Shown here in pieces: positions 15,219 to 15,599 of a stretch of DNA of 15,599 bases. A model generated the notes under the pieces. The model saw only the letters and a program-made list of their open reading frames with translations, was not told the origin of the DNA and did not search any database. The DNA comes from Planctomycetota bacterium (GTDB lineage: Bacteria; Planctomycetota; UBA8108; UBA1146), in assembly GCA_036338595.1 (NCBI GenBank), contig JAYZBV010000055.1:1-15599 (forward strand). The letters run 5' to 3'. A program made the translations under genes and the position numbers. The number at the start of each line of letters is the position of its first letter. Position 1 is the stretch's first letter.

Positions 15219-15599
15219 CTACAACACGACCCTTCCATTGAGGGTCAGCACCTCGTTCTTCAACTGGTACTGGATCGCCTTGTCTCGCTTCTTCTGGTCA
15301 GGATTCTTCTTGACGGGTTTCTTGTTCTTGTTGTTCTTCTTGTTCTTCTTGTTCTTGTTGGCTGCCGCTTTCTTTTTCCCGGCCTTGGCCTTCTTGTTCT
15401 GGCCATCACCCTCGGCGATCTTCTCGATCAGGATGGTCCCGCCGTGACCCTCACCGCCACCGAACTGGATCGCTCCCCCTTCGAGATCGTCGATGATCTC
15501 CTGGATGGCGGCCGGAATCTGATCCAGGTCTCCGTTCCACTCGATGACTTTCTCGTCATGATTCCCATCGTGTTCGATGATGGTGTGGATCTCGATCTC
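15219..15599 (-). CDS. 3' end of a gene entering from the right edge (126 aa visible), unknown function, Lys/Asn-rich tail
   Basis: Open frame EIEIHTIIEHDGNHDEKVIEWNGDLDQIP...GQNKKAKAGKKKAAANKNKKNKKNNKNKKPVKK...LTLNGRVVL-TAG(15221-15219). Third codon positions are GC-rich and a terminator lies downstream. It is absent from the ORF track because no start lies in the window. Confidence 0.8.
   Translation of the reverse strand, partial: EIEIHTIIEHDGNHDEKVIEWNGDLDQIPAAIQEIIDDLEGGAIQFGGGEGHGGTILIEKIAEGDGQNKKAKAGKKKAAANKNKKNKKNNKNKKPVKKNPDQKKRDKAIQYQLKNEVLTLNGRVVL
15318..15359 (-). repeat. AAC/AAG trinucleotide low-complexity repeat encoding NKNKKNKKNNKNKK
   Basis: Plus strand reads tttcttgttcttgttgttcttcttgttcttcttgttcttgtt. 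Confidence 0.85.

Noticed and set aside
14863..15447. 194-aa plus-strand ORF with an apparent Phe/Leu-rich TM segment
   Set aside because: The hydrophobic run is the reverse complement of the Lys/Asn repeat of the minus-strand gene, and the ORF crosses a terminator.

Overview
GC-rich (roughly 60% by eye) bacterial chromosome segment, probably from a Planctomycetota-type genome; this is inferred from the rhomboid N-terminus 'MGIFDRDY' with a DUF6576-like tail, the giant kinase/AAA/TPR protein and a planctomycete-style FlgM-like protein. The plus strand (1-2677) carries the 3' end of a gene with a long Glu-Pro-Ala repeat tail, an RluA/RluD pseudouridine synthase, a stand-alone cNMP-binding protein and RsmD. 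The minus strand, read right to left, carries a partial gene with a Lys/Asn-rich tail and terminator, a FlgM-like gene with a sigma28-like promoter and terminator, a tRNA-binding OB-fold protein, RecN, a type I mannose-6-phosphate isomerase, two single-TM hypothetical proteins that look like distant paralogs, a ~1400-aa Ser/Thr kinase-AAA-TPR-GAF protein, a hidden selenoprotein, a rhomboid protease, a small hypothetical protein and an M42 aminopeptidase. The main discovery is missed by the ORF track: 5413..5066 (-) encodes a 115-aa ArsC/Spx-like thioredoxin-fold protein with an in-frame UGA in a U-T-S-C redox motif, followed by a bacterial SECIS-like hairpin. It appears to head a proteolysis operon. 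No mobile element, CRISPR array, tRNA or rRNA was recognised. All family calls come from motif recognition, not database searches.
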